From positions 1,378-65,377 of the forward strand of contig JAXEJU010000045.1 of the NCBI GenBank assembly GCA_034101395.1: a stretch of DNA of 64,000 bases. Reading direction: 5' to 3'. The DNA is from Eubacterium sp. Lineage in GTDB: Bacteria > Bacillota > Clostridia > Lachnospirales > Lachnospiraceae. Positions 61,891 to 64,000 of the stretch are shown here, in pieces (position 1 is the stretch's first letter; every line of letters begins with the position of its first letter). A program made the translations under genes and the position numbers. The notes beneath the pieces were generated by a model, which ran no database searches, was not told the DNA's origin, and worked only from the letters and a program-made list of their open reading frames with translations.

Positions 61891-63612
61891 GTGAAAAAAT
61901 CACTAGCAGCAAAAATACTGATACCGTTTTGTATTCTTGCGATTGTATGTGGACTGTGTTCCGGACTGATTTATTCCCGGATTGCCAGAATGAATCAGGT
62001 AACTACTGAGATTAGCGATAATTATCTCACAATTACAGAACTGATTGGGGATATTGAAACTGATTTTGCAACGATGAAGCAGCTGATTGTTTCCTATGCA
62101 ACTTCCACGGATGATGATGAAGTAAAACGGTTAAAGAGGGATATTATTTCCATCCATGGGGCTATTACGGCAAATCTCATCACAATAGAAGGTAAATGTC
62201 TGTCAGATGAGGCTCTTAACAGATTTAAGGAATTAGCTACTGCGTATCAGACGTATGATACCAGATATAACGAAATTTTGAAGAATATTGACAGCTACGA
62301 AATTATGGGGCTGAAAGCTTTGAATGAGGCAATCGGTGATATGTATGATGTCTTTCAGGAATCCATTGACTCCACCAGACAGTTTTGTAAAGAGCAGGTT
62401 GCCAGTGCAAAGCAGTCTCTTGCAACGACAGGACGGGAGAGTACGATTGCATTTGTTATTCTTATTGTCATGCTTGTAATCTCACTTGTGGGTTGTGTTT
62501 TGCTGGCCTTATTTACAATTCTTTCACCGACGAAACATGCTATCCGCAAGTTGGATACCATTATTGAAAGTATTGAAGATGGCAGAGGAGATCTGACAAG
62601 TCAGATTCGTGTCGAGACAAAAGATGAGATTGGCTCATTAGTCATGGGTATCAATAAATTTATTGATCTGCTCAAAGCTATCATTATTGAAATCAAGCAG
62701 GATGCAACCGAACTGAAAAACAATGTGAATACCGTTTTTGAAGGAGTAAATACATCCAATTCTGATATTAATGTTGTTTCCGATACGATGACACGTCTTG
62801 CAGCCGGAATGGAAGAAGTGGCAAGTCATGCGGAAAATCTGAACAATCAGGCGTCAACTATATATCAGGCGATGGAAGGAATTGCCGGACAGGCAAGTGG
62901 TGGCTCTGAATTTGCAAAAGAACTCAAGGAGAGGGCATCTGCACTCCAGATTAGTGGGCAGGAGCGCCGGCAGATAACCGGTAAGATGGCATCAGATATC
63001 AATAATCTGCTTCAGACTTCTCTTGAAAAGAGTAAAGATGTAGAAAAGATTAATGCATTGACGGACGAGATTCTTGAGATTTCTTCCCAGACAAATCTGC
63101 TGGCTTTAAATGCTTCTATCGAAGCAGCAAGAGCTGGAGAAGTCGGCAAAGGATTTGCCGTTGTGGCAGATGAAATTCGTCAGCTTGCAGATTCAAGCAG
63201 AGAGACGGCTAACAACATTCAGGGAATCAGTCGTGAAGTAACTTCGTCGGTTGAGGAGCTTGCCGCAAATGCTAACCATATGCTGAGCTTTATCCAGGAT
63301 GAAGTTTTACCTGATTATGATAATCTCGTAAATACCGGCAATCAGTACAGCGATGATGCGGGACGTGTGGATGACATTATGATTCAGTTTGCCGGAAGTG
63401 CTACGCAATTGAAAAATACTATGCATGATATGGCAACTTTGATTCAGGAAATAGCGGAGACAATTAATGACAGCTCTCTTCAGGTTTCTGAGGTTTCCGA
63501 GTCGGTGAATACTCTGACCGAAAGTATGTCTGACATTAAGTCCAGTATTCAGATAACAGAAGATGTATCCTATCGTCTGGAAGGTGAGGTCGCCAAGTTT
63601 AAGACAGAGTAA
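61891..63612 (+). CDS. Methyl-accepting chemotaxis protein (four-helix-bundle sensor)
   Basis: Two TM helices flanking a helical sensor, HAMP (KDEIG), [15 protein letters not shown]. Confidence 0.95.
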   Translation: MKKSLAAKILIPFCILAIVCGLCSGLIYSRIARMNQVTTEISDNYLTITELIGDIETDFATMKQLIVSYATSTDDDEVKRLKRDIISIHGAITANLITIEGKCLSDEALNRFKELATAYQTYDTRYNEILKNIDSYEIMGLKALNEAIGDMYDVFQESIDSTRQFCKEQVASAKQSLATTGRESTIAFVILIVMLVISLVGCVLLALFTILSPTKHAIRKLDTIIESIEDGRGDLTSQIRVETKDEIGSLVMGINKFIDLLKAIIIEIKQDATELKNNVNTVFEGVNTSNSDINVVSDTMTRLAAGMEEVASHAENLNNQASTIYQAMEGIAGQASGGSEFAKELKERASALQISGQERRQITGKMASDINNLLQTSLEKSKDVEKINALTDEILEISSQTNLLALNASIEAARAGEVGKGFAVVADEIRQLADSSRETANNIQGISREVTSSVEELAANANHMLSFIQDEVLPDYDNLVNTGNQYSDDAGRVDDIMIQFAGSATQLKNTMHDMATLIQEIAETINDSSLQVSEVSESVNTLTESMSDIKSSIQITEDVSYRLEGEVAKFKTE

Positions 63613-63692
63613 GGGGAGGCCACTTTTTGACGGCGGAATAAGAAAATCTAATTTGTAAATTTCAGCACAATTGTAGTTGATCAATATAACGA

Positions 63693-63746
63693 AAGAGACC
63701 ATCTAATGTTCTCGGGCAGATGCCCGGGATGATTAGATGGTCTCTT
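63693..63746. terminator. Long inverted repeat, probable bidirectional terminator
   Basis: AAGAGACCATCTAAT / ATTAGATGGTCTCTT with inner TCTCGGGCA / TGCCCGGGA. Confidence 0.7.
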
Positions 63747-63796
63747 GTGCATACCAAAGGTTTTTGTAAGGACATTTATTAGTTAGTATCTGGAAT

Positions 63797-64000
63797 TCAA
63801 TATGGGAGATTTTTCGAAAGAAAAGATATCTTTGCCATTAATGACATTAACACTGCACAAAAAATCCCAGATATAATCGGTGCATACCAATTATTCTGTA
63901 AATAGATAAAAATGAAGATTATAATGCTTTCGACAGCAGTATTGATTAATAGTATACAACGCTCTCTTTTTGATTTTGATGTAGAAATTGGATGATTTGG
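63797..64000 (-). CDS. 3' end of an AgrB-like membrane protein (truncated by the window edge)
   Basis: Manual translation PNHPISTSKSKRERCILLINTAVESIIIFIFIYLQNNWYAPIISGIFCAVLMSLMAKISFLSKNLPY*: PNHPI, a basic stretch and two TM helices. Confidence 0.55.
   Translation of the reverse strand, partial: PNHPISTSKSKRERCILLINTAVESIIIFIFIYLQNNWYAPIISGIFCAVLMSLMAKISFLSKNLPY

Noticed and set aside
37375-63180. DNA similarity among three loci (near 37380, 42000 and 63100)
   Set aside because: Explained by the conserved signalling tip of paralogous chemoreceptors

Overview
A 64-kb chromosomal window from a spore-forming, butyrate-producing Clostridia, most likely Lachnospiraceae (inferred from gene content). 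In order: the distal half of a type IV pilus cluster; rnhB, an FlhB-C-like gene and yraN; der-plsY-gpsA; a ~12-kb block (Rpn/PD-(D/E)XK nuclease gene with a structured leader, a 3x26-bp tandem repeat, a Trp T-box, trpEGDCBA with no trpF, a trigger-factor-like lipoprotein, a repeat-extended FapA/DUF342 protein and an HD-GYP protein); spoIVA; an SH3-NlpC/P60 peptidase; a BofC-like gene; two flavoproteins; proB...proA; alaS; three chemoreceptors; a complete butyrate locus (but divergent from coaD-thl-crt-hbd-bcd-etfBA, with a Rex-like operator); GT2, CE4, GH5 and DUF4867-like genes; glmS; an AroB-like cyclase with altered active-site residues; a thiS-thiG-thiH-thiE/tenI operon behind a probable HMP-PP riboswitch; metA; and the 3' end of an AgrB-like gene. 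I saw no CRISPR array, rRNA, tRNA, prophage or IS element. The best leads for undescribed biology are the Rpn locus, the repeat-FapA/HD-GYP module and the variant sugar-phosphate cyclase. All calls come from reading motifs by eye; no database searches or folding programs were run.
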